Source: Solirubrobacterales bacterium
Lineage (GTDB): Bacteria > Actinomycetota > Thermoleophilia > Solirubrobacterales > 70-9
DNA: 28,278 bases
Direction: 5' to 3'
Assembly (NCBI GenBank): GCA_050697095.1
Contig: JBOGZH010000110.1
Span: 1-28,278, forward strand
The translations under genes and the position numbers were made by a program. This document shows positions 1-9,168 of this stretch, piece by piece (positions within the stretch are counted from its first letter, which is position 1; every line of letters begins with the position of its first letter). The notes under the pieces are model-generated. The model saw only the letters and a program-made list of their open reading frames with translations. It was not told the DNA's origin and made no database searches.

Positions 1-45
1 GGTGAACGCCGTCATCGGTCGCCACCGTAACTATCCTCCCCGGCG

Positions 46-1815
46 GTGCGGTTCAGCCTCTTCTACGAGCACCAGCTTCCGCGTCCGTGGGATTGCGACT
101 CCGAGCACCGCCTGCTCGAGGACGCCCTGGAGCAGATCGTCCTCGCGGAGCGCGCGGGATTCGACTGCGTGTGGGAGGTGGAGCATCACTTCCTCGAGGA
201 GTACTCGCATTCCTCCGCGCCCGAGGTCTTCCTCGCGGCCGCGAGCCAGCGCACCGAGCGGATCCGGCTCGGCCACGGGATCGTCCAGCTTCCGCCGGGG
301 ATCAACCACCCCGCGCGGGTCGCGGAGCGCGTCGCGACGCTCGACCTCGTCTCCGGGGGGCGGGTCGAGTTCGGCACAGGGGAGGGGAGCTCGGCCGGCG
401 AGCTTGGCGGCTTCCTCGTCGACCGAACGCAGAAGCATGCCCAGTGGGAGGACGCGCTCGAGGCGATCACGCGGATGTTCGTCGAGGAGCCCTTCGCCGG
501 ATGGGAGAGCGAGTCCTTCCGGATGCCGCCCCGCAACGTGATCCCGAAGCCGCTCCAGCGCCCCCATCCGCCGCTGTGGGTCGCGTGCAGCCGGCGCGAG
601 ACGATCCACCTCGCCGCACGCAAGGGGATCGGCGCACTCGCGTTCGCCTTCGTCGAGCCCGAGGACGCGGGCGAGTGGGTGCACGAGTACTACAGCCTGA
701 TCGCCTCCGAGGAGTGCGTGCCCGCCGGGTTCGCGGTCAACCCGATGGTCTCGGTCGTTCTTCCGATGATGGCGCATCCCGACGAGGCGGAGGCGATCGA
801 GCGCGGGATCGACGGCGCCCACTTCTTCGGCTACGCGCTCGCCCACTACTACGGCGGCGCCCCGCACACGATCGCGAAGACCGACGTGTACGCGGAGTTC
901 CTCGAGCGCCGCGACGAGACCGGCTTCGCGCGCGACATCGTCTCCCCGGACCAGGCCCCGCTCGGGGTGCGCCTGCTCCAGGAAGGCCTCGGCTCGCTGA
1001 GGGGTGCGATCGGCTCCCCCGAGCAGATCGTCGACCTCCTGCGCCGCTACGAGGCGGTCGGGGTGGATCAGGTCGGGATGGTCCTCCAGGCGGGGCGTAA
1101 CACCCACGAGCACATCTGCGAGAGCCTGGAGCTGTTCGGCGCCGAGGTGATCCCGCGGTTCGCCGAGGGCCGCGAAGAACGCGAGGCGGAGAAGGCCGAA
1201 CGGCTGGCGCCGGCGATCGAGGCGGCGCTGGCGCGGCGCGAGCCGCCCCGCGAGACCGCGATCGACTACATGATCGACGAGCCCGCGGAGCTGGAGCGCG
1301 CCCGGAAGGCGCGCCGGCGGGCGGCGCTCACCCCCAAGGACCTCGCCGGGCGGCTCCGCGACGAGCTCCGGGAGGGAGTGCGCAAGCAGGCGCAGCGGGC
1401 GCTGGCCCGATTCGTCCGCGGCGCCTCCGACGCGGAGGTCGAGCGTCGCTTCGGATCGCAGGCCGCGCAGCGCGCCCTGCTCACCGGAATGGCGCGCTCG
1501 TTCGAGCCGAAGATGGCGTTCGGGTTCGAGGGCGACATCACCTACGAGCTCAACCGCCGCCGCGATGGCGACGGCGCCGGGCCGGCCGCGGGCGCGGTGT
1601 GGACGATCCGCGTCGCCGGCGAGAGGGCGCGGGTGCTGCCCGGCCCCGGAGCCGACGCCGCCGTCACCGTGCGCATCGGTCTCGTCGACTTCGTCCGGAT
1701 CGCGGCCGGGGACTCGCCGATGCCAGCCTTCCTCGAGGGGCGCGTGGAGATGGAGGGGGACCTGTCGGTCGCCCGCCGGCTGGGGGAGATGTTCGGCGCC
1801 CCCTCCCCCTACTGA
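46..1815 (+). CDS. LLM-class (luciferase-like) flavin-dependent oxidoreductase with C-terminal SCP2 sterol-binding-like domain
   Basis: N-term RFSLFYEHQ, WEVEHHFLEEYSHSSAPE, RIRLGHGI, AERVATLDLVSGGRVEFG and PHPPLWVA are LLM motifs. The C-terminal ~110 aa (WTIRV...ADAAVTV...AFLEGRVEMEGDL) resemble SCP2. GTG start. Confidence 0.9.
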   Translation: MRFSLFYEHQLPRPWDCDSEHRLLEDALEQIVLAERAGFDCVWEVEHHFLEEYSHSSAPEVFLAAASQRTERIRLGHGIVQLPPGINHPARVAERVATLDLVSGGRVEFGTGEGSSAGELGGFLVDRTQKHAQWEDALEAITRMFVEEPFAGWESESFRMPPRNVIPKPLQRPHPPLWVACSRRETIHLAARKGIGALAFAFVEPEDAGEWVHEYYSLIASEECVPAGFAVNPMVSVVLPMMAHPDEAEAIERGIDGAHFFGYALAHYYGGAPHTIAKTDVYAEFLERRDETGFARDIVSPDQAPLGVRLLQEGLGSLRGAIGSPEQIVDLLRRYEAVGVDQVGMVLQAGRNTHEHICESLELFGAEVIPRFAEGREEREAEKAERLAPAIEAALARREPPRETAIDYMIDEPAELERARKARRRAALTPKDLAGRLRDELREGVRKQAQRALARFVRGASDAEVERRFGSQAAQRALLTGMARSFEPKMAFGFEGDITYELNRRRDGDGAGPAAGAVWTIRVAGERARVLPGPGADAAVTVRIGLVDFVRIAAGDSPMPAFLEGRVEMEGDLSVARRLGEMFGAPSPY

Positions 1816-1818
1816 GGG

Positions 1819-1843
1819 GTTTGATCGGCCCGTAACCGGGCAC
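1819..1843 (+). promoter_or_regulatory. possible SigF/SigB-type promoter
   Basis: GTTT-N15-GGGCAC upstream of the acyltransferase; resembles the GTTT-N15/16-GGGTA consensus. Confidence 0.3.
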
Positions 1844-1894
1844 CGTAAGGGGGGTAGAGAAGTGTGGAGCGCGGCGATGCCGGCTCGGTTTGTC

Positions 1895-2680
1895 ATGTCT
1901 CAGCTCAAGCCACAGGTCTACAAGGACCCCCGACCCGCCGAGCAGTTCACGCGCTTCCACGAGCGTTCGCGAACGCGCGAGCCGGACTGGGTCTACGACT
2001 TCGCTCGGATGGTGCTCACCCCCCCGACGACGCTCTTCTACCGCGCGGCGCCGATCGGGAGCGCCAACGTCCCCGCGAGCGGCGCGGTGATCCTCGCCCC
2101 CAACCACTTCAGCCAGTGGGACCACTTCTTCGCCGCCGTGTACATCCGGCGCAAGCTCCGCTTCATGGCCAAGTCCCAGCTGTTCACGAATCCGGCGATC
2201 ACGTTCATCCTCCACCATGGCGGTGCGTTTCCCGTTCGGCGCGGAAAGCACGACGAGGAGGCCTTCATCACCGCACACGCGATCCTCGAACGCGGCGGGT
2301 GTCTGCTGATGTACCCCGAGGGTGGCCGCTCGCGCAGCGGTGGGCTCGGCGAGCCGCGAGCGGGAGTCGGCCGCCTCGCGCTCGAGTCGGGCGTCCCGGT
2401 GATCCCGGTCGCGATCCACGGCTCGATGGGCGTGCGAGGGTGGAAGAAGCTTCGCTTCCCCAAGGTCACGATCCAGTACGGGGAGCCCCTGAGCTTCGGG
2501 ACCGTCGAGAATCCGACCCGCGAGCAGCAGATGGCGGTTGCGAAGCAGGTCTTCGATCGCGTGCGCGCGATGTACACGGCGCTCGACGAGAAGGGCCGCC
2601 GCGGCGTGGTCAAGGCGCTGCGCGAGGGGATCCCTACGGGCTCGGCGGCCGACGCGTCCGCGCGCCCGCACGCGCGGTAG
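1895..2680 (+). CDS. plsC: 1-acyl-sn-glycerol-3-phosphate acyltransferase (lysophospholipid acyltransferase family)
   Basis: NHFSQWD (HX4D), FMAKSQLF, FPVRRG, YPEGGRS and PVIPVAI motifs. ATG 1895 chosen; 1877 is an alternative. Confidence 0.88.
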   Translation: MSQLKPQVYKDPRPAEQFTRFHERSRTREPDWVYDFARMVLTPPTTLFYRAAPIGSANVPASGAVILAPNHFSQWDHFFAAVYIRRKLRFMAKSQLFTNPAITFILHHGGAFPVRRGKHDEEAFITAHAILERGGCLLMYPEGGRSRSGGLGEPRAGVGRLALESGVPVIPVAIHGSMGVRGWKKLRFPKVTIQYGEPLSFGTVENPTREQQMAVAKQVFDRVRAMYTALDEKGRRGVVKALREGIPTGSAADASARPHAR

Positions 2681-2743
2681 TCAGGCCCGAAGCCGCGGCG
2701 GTCCCCCGGTGGGGATTCGCTGGGTAGGGCAACGGTGACGTTC

Positions 2744-2848
2744 ATAACCGCACACTCGCGGGGACACGGGCGGCGGGTGTGCACTTGACCTCGCTATACC
2801 AGGCAAACTTCCCCCGCGTGGCGGAGCGAGCATCGAGTGTGCGGTTAT
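2744..2848. repeat. perfect 15-bp inverted repeat enclosing 75 nt
   Basis: ATAACCGCACACTCG (2744-2758) and CGAGTGTGCGGTTAT (2834-2848), in the gap between convergent genes. Confidence 0.85.
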
Positions 2849-2933
2849 CGACGACGACGGAGGTCCCCGGAACGGCCCCGCTCCCCCCTCGTTGCCGCCG
2901 TTGTTGTTGCTCGGGGGAGGCCGCCGCGCTCCC

Positions 2934-3842
2934 CTACTCGTACCGCTTCTCCAGCTTCGGCCACAGCTCGTGGTCGTGGCTGGGGACGATCACGGCCTGG
3001 GGGAACTGACTGCGGAAGTGCTTGAGCTCGCGCATCGAGCGGCGCCAGTTGTGGTGGTCGGCGGGCCGCGGTGGCTCGGGAGCGTCCTCCAGCTGGCGCA
3101 GGTTGTAGACGGCGTCGCCGGCGATCACGAAGTCGCGGTCGCGCAGGCGCGCGATCACGCACTGGTGCCCGGCCGAGTGCCCCGGCGTGAATGCGAGCCG
3201 GACGCTCCCGTCGCCCAACAGGTCGAAGGTGCGGCCGAAGGTCGAGTAGGACTCGATCCGCTCGCCCCCGTAGCTGAGCGTCCGGTAGTCGAAGGTGTAG
3301 TCGTACTGCTCGGGCCGGTACCCCTGCAGGAACGGTCGCCGTTCCGTGGTCGCGGCGACCCACTCCGGTTCGCTCAGAACGAACGTCGAGTTCTCGAATT
3401 CGGAGATCCCGGAGGCGTGGTCGAAGTGGAGGTGGGTCATCACCACGACGCTGATGTCCTTGTGGTCGATTCCCCGGGCCCGCAGCACCGCCGGGACGTC
3501 CCGGCCCGGCTCGAGCCGCGGGCGCCCGAACCTGGCGACGAGCCGCCCCAGGTTCTCCTTCGGCTTCGCGGACACCGATGGGTGCAGGCCGGTGTCCACG
3601 AGCAACATTCCGGCGCGCGGGTGCCTGATCAGGAACGCCGGGCACGGAAGCCACCGCCACTCCGAGCGGGGCGTCCCCACGCCGAGCATCCGGAGCGCCT
3701 CCATCCTGCCCCCCGCGCGCTCGACGAACGCGGCGGGGGCCTGCAGCTCGCCGCCGGAGAGGGGCTCGACCGTGACGGTCGCGCCCTTGGTCCCTCCCCG
3801 TAGCGGCTCGGTGAGCGGTTTCGCCTCCGCGTGGATCCTCAT
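2934..3842 (-). CDS. N-acyl-homoserine lactonase family metallo-beta-lactamase-fold hydrolase
   Basis: LVDTG, THLHFDHASG (HxHxDH), DLLGDGSV, TPGHSAGH, AGDA and PSHD motifs. Confidence 0.88.
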   Translation of the reverse strand: MRIHAEAKPLTEPLRGGTKGATVTVEPLSGGELQAPAAFVERAGGRMEALRMLGVGTPRSEWRWLPCPAFLIRHPRAGMLLVDTGLHPSVSAKPKENLGRLVARFGRPRLEPGRDVPAVLRARGIDHKDISVVVMTHLHFDHASGISEFENSTFVLSEPEWVAATTERRPFLQGYRPEQYDYTFDYRTLSYGGERIESYSTFGRTFDLLGDGSVRLAFTPGHSAGHQCVIARLRDRDFVIAGDAVYNLRQLEDAPEPPRPADHHNWRRSMRELKHFRSQFPQAVIVPSHDHELWPKLEKRYE

Positions 3843-3892
3843 GGGCGGCTCAGCCTACAGACGGGGGCCGAACATAAACTGGGCGCGCGACG

Positions 3893-4747
3893 ATGGCCGA
3901 GCCGCGATCACGGATCTTCGCCCCGGGCCTGCTCGACGGCCAGGTGTGCCTCGTCTCGGGCGCGGGGAGCGGGCTGGGACGGGCGACCGCGCTCGAGCTC
4001 GCCTCGCTCGGAGCCACGGTGGTCGGCTGCGGCCGGCGCCGGGAGCCGCTCGACGAGACCGTCGCGGCGATCGCCGCCGGGGAGGGGAGTGGGGAAGCCG
4101 TCGCCACGGACATTCGCGACGAGGGCGCGGTGGACGCCCTCGTGGACGGTATCCTCGAGCGCCACGGCCGTCTCGACGTGCTAGTCAACAACGCCGGCGG
4201 CCAGTTCCTCAGCCCGGCGGAGGCAATCACGCCGAAGGGATTTCGGACCGTGCTCGAGCTCAACGTCCAGGGCACGTGGCAGATGACCCACGCCGCGGCG
4301 ACCAGGGCGTTCATCCCCCGGCGGTCGGGAAAGGTGGTCAGCGTCACCCTCTCCCCGCACCAGGGGATGCCCGGAATGGTCCACTCCGGCGCCGCGCGCG
4401 CCGCGGTCGAGAACATGATGCGGACGCTGTCGATCGAGTGGGCGCGCTTCAACGTAAAGCTGTGCGCCGTCGCCGCGGGCCAGTTCGACACCGAGGTCCT
4501 GCGCACCAAGTACCCGAAGCAGGTGAGCGAGAACGTCGCCCGCACCGTCCCGCTGGGGCGGCTGGGGACCCCGGAGGAGATGGCGTGGCTGATCGCCTAC
4601 CTCGCGTCCCCGGCCGGCGACTTCTTCTCCGGCACGGTGCTGACGATCGATGGCGCCCGCGACAACTGGTTCGGATCGTGGCCGCCGGCGGGCGCCGCCG
4701 ACCCGGAGGGCACGCCGCTGGCCGAGGAGCGAAAGCCCCCGGAGTAG
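3893..4747 (+). CDS. SDR oxidoreductase, enoyl/dienoyl-CoA reductase or AtuB-like subfamily
   Basis: SGAGSGLG and NNAGGQF; HSGAARAA replaces YxxxK; PLGRLG. Confidence 0.88.
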   Translation: MAEPRSRIFAPGLLDGQVCLVSGAGSGLGRATALELASLGATVVGCGRRREPLDETVAAIAAGEGSGEAVATDIRDEGAVDALVDGILERHGRLDVLVNNAGGQFLSPAEAITPKGFRTVLELNVQGTWQMTHAAATRAFIPRRSGKVVSVTLSPHQGMPGMVHSGAARAAVENMMRTLSIEWARFNVKLCAVAAGQFDTEVLRTKYPKQVSENVARTVPLGRLGTPEEMAWLIAYLASPAGDFFSGTVLTIDGARDNWFGSWPPAGAADPEGTPLAEERKPPE

Positions 4748-4750
4748 CGG

Positions 4751-7096
4751 CTAGCAGCTTCGGGTCCGGTCCCGGCCGGCGCCGCCCTTGCAGCTGTCCT
4801 TCGCCTTCCCGCCCCTGAGGCGATCGTGGCCCTTGCCCCCCTTCAGCCGGTCGCTGCCCGTGCCGCCGTTGAGCCGGTCGCCGCCCCTGCCGCCCTTCAG
4901 CTTGTCCTTGCCGTCGTCGCCCTCGAAGCGGTCGGCGCCCCCCCCGCCCTTGACCATGTCCTCGCCTCCGCCGCCGCACACGAGGTCCTTCCCGCGGCCG
5001 GTCTTCACCTTGTCGTTGCCGCCAAGCGCGAGGATCACGTCCCTGCCCCTGGTCCCCTTGATCTTTTCGGACCCCTCCGAGCCGACCACCGTCGCGGTCT
5101 CGCCCTGACACTCGAAGCTGCGCGGGTCGCCCAGCAGCAGCTCGACGTTTCCGTCCTTCTCGGTGCCGGCGGGCGCCGCACCGGTCGCGGCGGCGCCCGT
5201 CTGCGGGTCGTTGAACGCCAGCGTTCGGGCGATCGAGGCGAGCTGCGCGGGGTCGAAGCTCGACGCATCGCCTCCCGCCGGGGCGGTGGCCGGCGAGGCG
5301 TGATCGAGCAGGGTGCCGAAGATCGACAGCGTCCCGTCACGGTTGTCCATCACCTCGATCAGGCGGTGCTGCTGGGGGTAGTCGGCGACCGCCGAGGTGT
5401 TGATCTCCCACCACACGTCGCCGCCCTGCTTGTCGAACGGGAGCACCTTGTTCTCGTGCGTGTGGCCGGAGACGTAGGCGAGCACGTTCGGATACCGGCC
5501 CAGCAGCTCGGCGAACGTCAGCTCGTCGCTCTCGAGCTCCTCGGCGATCTCGGGATTGCCGAGGTGGAACGGCTCCGAGCTGCGGGGATCGAGATCGCAG
5601 CCCGGGTTGACGTCGTGGCCGTGCCCGTCGCCGACGCTGCACGGCGCCGCCGCCTCGTCGGGAATCACCGAGTTCATCGTCCGCACGGGGTGGTGGCCGA
5701 ACAGGACGACCAGCTTGCCCGCCAGCTGGGCCTTGTCCAGCTCCCGGTGCAGCCACTCGAACTGGGGGTCGTCGAGGTTTCCGTTCGAGGAGCCGGTCGG
5801 CAGGGGACCGAACGGGCCGACCACGCCGCCCTCCGAGTTGGTGTCCAGGGCGATGAACCGGATTCCGGGCGCCTGGGACGGGTTCCAGGCGTAGTAGGAG
5901 GCGGAGCCGTCCGAGTTCTCCTCCTCGTCGCGGTCCACGAACCCGAACCCGTGCTCCTCGCCCGGGTCGTTGGCGCCGTAGATCGACTTGATCTGCGGCT
6001 TGGAGACGAACCGGCGCTGCTCGTCGGGCGGGACCAGCATCAGCGCGCTCGCGTTCGCCGGGCTCAGGAGGTCCGCGAGCCCGGCGTCGCTCGGATCGGC
6101 CGTTGTCGCGAGGACCTTCGCGCATCCGGTCGCCACCTTCTCGAGTGGCGCGAGCGCGTCCTCGTTGCCCTGCACGAGCTCGTCGTGGTTCCCGTTCGCG
6201 ACGTAGAAGGGGACGTCGAGCCCGGCGGGCGCGAATTCGGTCGTCTGGGCGACGTCCATGAGGTCGGGATAGGCGGGCCATCCGTCGTCGGCAAACCCGC
6301 CCTGAGGATTGTCGGGGTCGTAGTAGGCGGGGTTCGGTCCCTCGCCCGCCGGATAGTCGTCGTAGTCCTGGACGCCCGTGTAGCGCGCGCCCTCGGCCGC
6401 CGCGGCGCCCGCCCCGCCCTCCTGGACGACCAACGCCTGGCAGAGCGGATCCGGGAGGTTGACGGGGCGGTAGGCGTCCGGGTCGGTGAGGCCGCTGTTG
6501 AAGGCGGTGGGGCCGTTGCCCTCGAGCAGCTCGCGGACCCAGACCGTCTCGTTTCGCTGCTGGTTGTCGGCGTGGTCGCCGGTCAGCAGCGCGAGGTCCA
6601 TCGAGTTCGCGCTCCCGTCGCCCTGGGGCACCGGGCTCGCGGGGGCGAAGCGGTTGACCTGTCGAATCGAACGATCGACCGTGAACGGCGTGAGCGCCTC
6701 CCACGGACGCCATGCCGAGCTCGCCGCGCTGTCGAGGAACTCGACCCGCGCGGGGGACTCCTCGTCCGCGAGCTGGTAGTCGGTCAGTTGCGAGAGGTAG
6801 GTCAGCGAGCGCCGCCGCTGCGCGCGCCCGGGCTGGGCGTCCGGGATCGCATCGTCCTCCTCGGCCGCGCCGTCTCGGAGAACGTAGGTCTCGTTCACGT
6901 CCTCGGGGGCGAGGGTCGTGTAGCCGGCGGCGGGGTCGCCCTGCGGGGAGATGATCCCCTCGAGCGTCGTGTGGCCCTCGACGTCGGCACCGAGATGGGC
7001 CGCCCAGGCGGTCCCCGCGGTCCCGAGCACGGCGATCAGCGCAACGGCAAGCGCCGGCCACCGGCGGCGGATCCGCGCGCCCGGCTCCCCTCGCAT
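4751..7096 (-). CDS. secreted calcineurin-like metallophosphoesterase with C-terminal RTX-type Ca-binding repeats
   Basis: Signal peptide RRRWPALAVALIAVLGTAGTAWA; TDYQLADEESPAR, TGDHADN, GNHD, FGHH and SGHTH motifs; GGxGxD repeats at the C-terminus. Start set at ATG 7096. Confidence 0.85.
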   Translation of the reverse strand: MRGEPGARIRRRWPALAVALIAVLGTAGTAWAAHLGADVEGHTTLEGIISPQGDPAAGYTTLAPEDVNETYVLRDGAAEEDDAIPDAQPGRAQRRRSLTYLSQLTDYQLADEESPARVEFLDSAASSAWRPWEALTPFTVDRSIRQVNRFAPASPVPQGDGSANSMDLALLTGDHADNQQRNETVWVRELLEGNGPTAFNSGLTDPDAYRPVNLPDPLCQALVVQEGGAGAAAAEGARYTGVQDYDDYPAGEGPNPAYYDPDNPQGGFADDGWPAYPDLMDVAQTTEFAPAGLDVPFYVANGNHDELVQGNEDALAPLEKVATGCAKVLATTADPSDAGLADLLSPANASALMLVPPDEQRRFVSKPQIKSIYGANDPGEEHGFGFVDRDEEENSDGSASYYAWNPSQAPGIRFIALDTNSEGGVVGPFGPLPTGSSNGNLDDPQFEWLHRELDKAQLAGKLVVLFGHHPVRTMNSVIPDEAAAPCSVGDGHGHDVNPGCDLDPRSSEPFHLGNPEIAEELESDELTFAELLGRYPNVLAYVSGHTHENKVLPFDKQGGDVWWEINTSAVADYPQQHRLIEVMDNRDGTLSIFGTLLDHASPATAPAGGDASSFDPAQLASIARTLAFNDPQTGAAATGAAPAGTEKDGNVELLLGDPRSFECQGETATVVGSEGSEKIKGTRGRDVILALGGNDKVKTGRGKDLVCGGGGEDMVKGGGGADRFEGDDGKDKLKGGRGGDRLNGGTGSDRLKGGKGHDRLRGGKAKDSCKGGAGRDRTRSC
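4754..5083 (-). repeat. coding nonapeptide (GGxGxDxLx) repeats
   Basis: GGGGEDMVK GGGGADRFE GDDGKDKLK GGRGGDRLN GGTGSDRLK GGKGHDRLR GGKAKDSCK GGAGRD. Confidence 0.85.
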
Positions 7097-7200
7097 CGTT
7101 GTCGAGTCTGCGTCCGTGACCCGAGCCCTCCCACGGGCGAAGCTATCAGCCCTGCGCGGCGCGCGTGCAGGTTCCCCGCCGGAATCGAGCGGCGGGGTAC

Positions 7201-8079
7201 TCAGGCGGCGAGCGCGCTCCGCAGCGCGTCCACGAGCGCCCGACCGCAGGCGCGATCGGGGTCCTTGTCGGGGTTGTAGCACCCGAGCGAGACCCCCGCG
7301 ACCGCGGGCGCCGATGCGAACGCAGTCAGGACCGGCTGCAGCTCATCCCATCTCAACCCGTTCGGCATCAGGTAGTCGGTCGCCGGGAACACGTCCTGGT
7401 CGAGGACGTCGACGTCGAAATGCAGCCACACCGGCAGATCCGACGGGAGCGCGGCGCCCGCCCGCTCGCCGGCCGCCGCGGGGCCCTCGGCGCGGACGTC
7501 GTCGACCGACAGGTGCGTCAACCCGGGGAGCTCCTCGGGCTGCACCATGCCGTAGGTCTGCGATTCCTCCTTGTCGCGGTAGCCGATGATCGCGACGTCC
7601 TCCGCCGCGATCGAGGCGCCGCCGGCCGCCTCGACCCAGGCGGCGGGACCACGCCCGAGCGCCACCGCGATCGGCATGTCGGCCGCCTCCCCGGTCGGGG
7701 AGGTCTCGCCGTCGTAGAGGTCGACGTGGCCATCCAGGTAGGCGAGGCCGATGCGCCCGAGGGCGTCGCGCGCACCGGCGAGGGCCCCCGGCACCTCGGA
7801 GCAACACCCCCCGGCGAGGAACGGCCGCGCGCCGCCGGAGACCAGCTCGGCGACGGCGTCCCTGACCGTCGAGGTGGTCGCGAGCACGTCGGGGCTCGCG
7901 ACGATCCCCGTCGTCGGGTCGCGCTCCTCGCCCCGGATGCGCACGTCGAGGTCCCCGGCGTCGGGCCCGCCGAGCGCCGCGGGGAGGCCCAACTCGCGCA
8001 ACGCCTCGGGGGCGTGCTCGGTCCCTCCGGATCGACCGACGGAGTCGACCGGGACGCCGACGAACGTAAGCGAGCTCAC
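7201..8079 (-). CDS. arginase/ureohydrolase family protein
   Basis: GVPVD, GTEHAPEALR, YLDGHVD, HFDVDVLD, PNGL and YNPDKD motifs. GTG 8079 preferred; ATG 8106 is an alternative. Confidence 0.88.
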   Translation of the reverse strand: MSSLTFVGVPVDSVGRSGGTEHAPEALRELGLPAALGGPDAGDLDVRIRGEERDPTTGIVASPDVLATTSTVRDAVAELVSGGARPFLAGGCCSEVPGALAGARDALGRIGLAYLDGHVDLYDGETSPTGEAADMPIAVALGRGPAAWVEAAGGASIAAEDVAIIGYRDKEESQTYGMVQPEELPGLTHLSVDDVRAEGPAAAGERAGAALPSDLPVWLHFDVDVLDQDVFPATDYLMPNGLRWDELQPVLTAFASAPAVAGVSLGCYNPDKDPDRACGRALVDALRSALAA

Positions 8080-8106
8080 GGCACCCTGCAGCCGGGGCCC
8101 AGCCAT

Positions 8107-8937
8107 CTACGTCGTCATTCCGGTGAACTGACCGCCGGTCACGTTCAGGATCTGCCCATGGACGTAGTTCGAAAGCGGCGAGCTGAGGAACAGCACCGGC
8201 CCGGCCGCCTCTTCGGGGCGCGCGGGGCGACCGAGCGGAATCGTCATCGAGGCCATCGCCCGCATCTGCTCGGGGACGCCGATCTCGACCTCGTCACCCG
8301 AGGGGGCCTTCAACGTCTCACCCCTCTCCTTGGCCTGGGTGAGCCGGGTCTCGACGAACCCGAAGGCGACGGCGTTGCAGTTGACCTTGAACTGGCCCCA
8401 TTCCTTCGCGATCGTCTTCGTCAGCCCCGTGACCCCTGCCTTCGCGGCCGAGTAGTTCGCCTGACCGGCGTTGCCCATCGTGCCGGAGATGGAGGTGACG
8501 TTGACGATCTTGCGGAACACCTCCTCGCCGCCGTCGCGTTCCTGCTTCGCGGCATCGCGCCACGCCGGAGCGAGGGCGCGAATCACGCGGAAGGGGACCA
8601 CCGTGTGGATGTCCAGCATCGCCTGGAACTGCTCATCGGACATCTTGTGCACGACGCCGTCCCACGTGTAGCCGGCGTTGTTGACGACGATGTCCACCTG
8701 GCCGAACTCGTCGGTCGCCTTCTTGACGAGGTCGTCCGGGACACCGGGCTTCGTCAGGTCGCCGGCGAAGACCGCGTTCTCGCCGTCGATCTCTCCCGCC
8801 GCCTGGTCCGCGACGTCACCGTCGATGTCGTTGATCAGCACGCGGGCGCCCTCGCCCGTGAACAGCTCGGCGGTCGCGCGGCCGATTCCGCGCGCCGAGC
8901 CGGTGATGATCGCGGCCTTGCCGTCCAGCAGTCCCAT
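8107..8937 (-). CDS. 3-oxoacyl-ACP/CoA reductase (FabG-like SDR)
   Basis: TGSARGIG, NNAG and GNAGQANYSAAK (YxxxK); RBS GAAGGAGG upstream of ATG 8937. Confidence 0.92.
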   Translation of the reverse strand: MGLLDGKAAIITGSARGIGRATAELFTGEGARVLINDIDGDVADQAAGEIDGENAVFAGDLTKPGVPDDLVKKATDEFGQVDIVVNNAGYTWDGVVHKMSDEQFQAMLDIHTVVPFRVIRALAPAWRDAAKQERDGGEEVFRKIVNVTSISGTMGNAGQANYSAAKAGVTGLTKTIAKEWGQFKVNCNAVAFGFVETRLTQAKERGETLKAPSGDEVEIGVPEQMRAMASMTIPLGRPARPEEAAGPVLFLSSPLSNYVHGQILNVTGGQFTGMTT

Positions 8938-8987
8938 CCTCGTTTCCTCCTTCGCGGGTAGCCGCGGGACTCTATCTTCGCCCGCGC

Positions 8988-9025
8988 TTAAAGCCCCAGC
9001 CGGCGGCCGAGGATCTCCTTCATGA
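8988..9025 (-). pseudogene. displaced original 3' end of the acyl-CoA dehydrogenase gene
   Basis: Reads MKEILGRRLGL-TAA, versus MKEILGREMGL-TGA at the end of CDS 13055-14233. Confidence 0.8.
9007..9025. repeat. att core, left copy (19-bp direct repeat)
   Basis: CCGAGGATCTCCTTCATGA, identical to 13074-13092. Confidence 0.9.
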
Positions 9026-9168
9026 GTTCCGAGGGTGCTACGCGCGGACACGCCGGATCACGCGACGACACGAACCCGCTCCAAATGCGGTTGTTCGAGG
9101 CCGAGAGGGATGATCGTGCGTGATCGAGGGAATCGATCTGATGTGTCCGTTTTATGTCCGCGCGGGGA

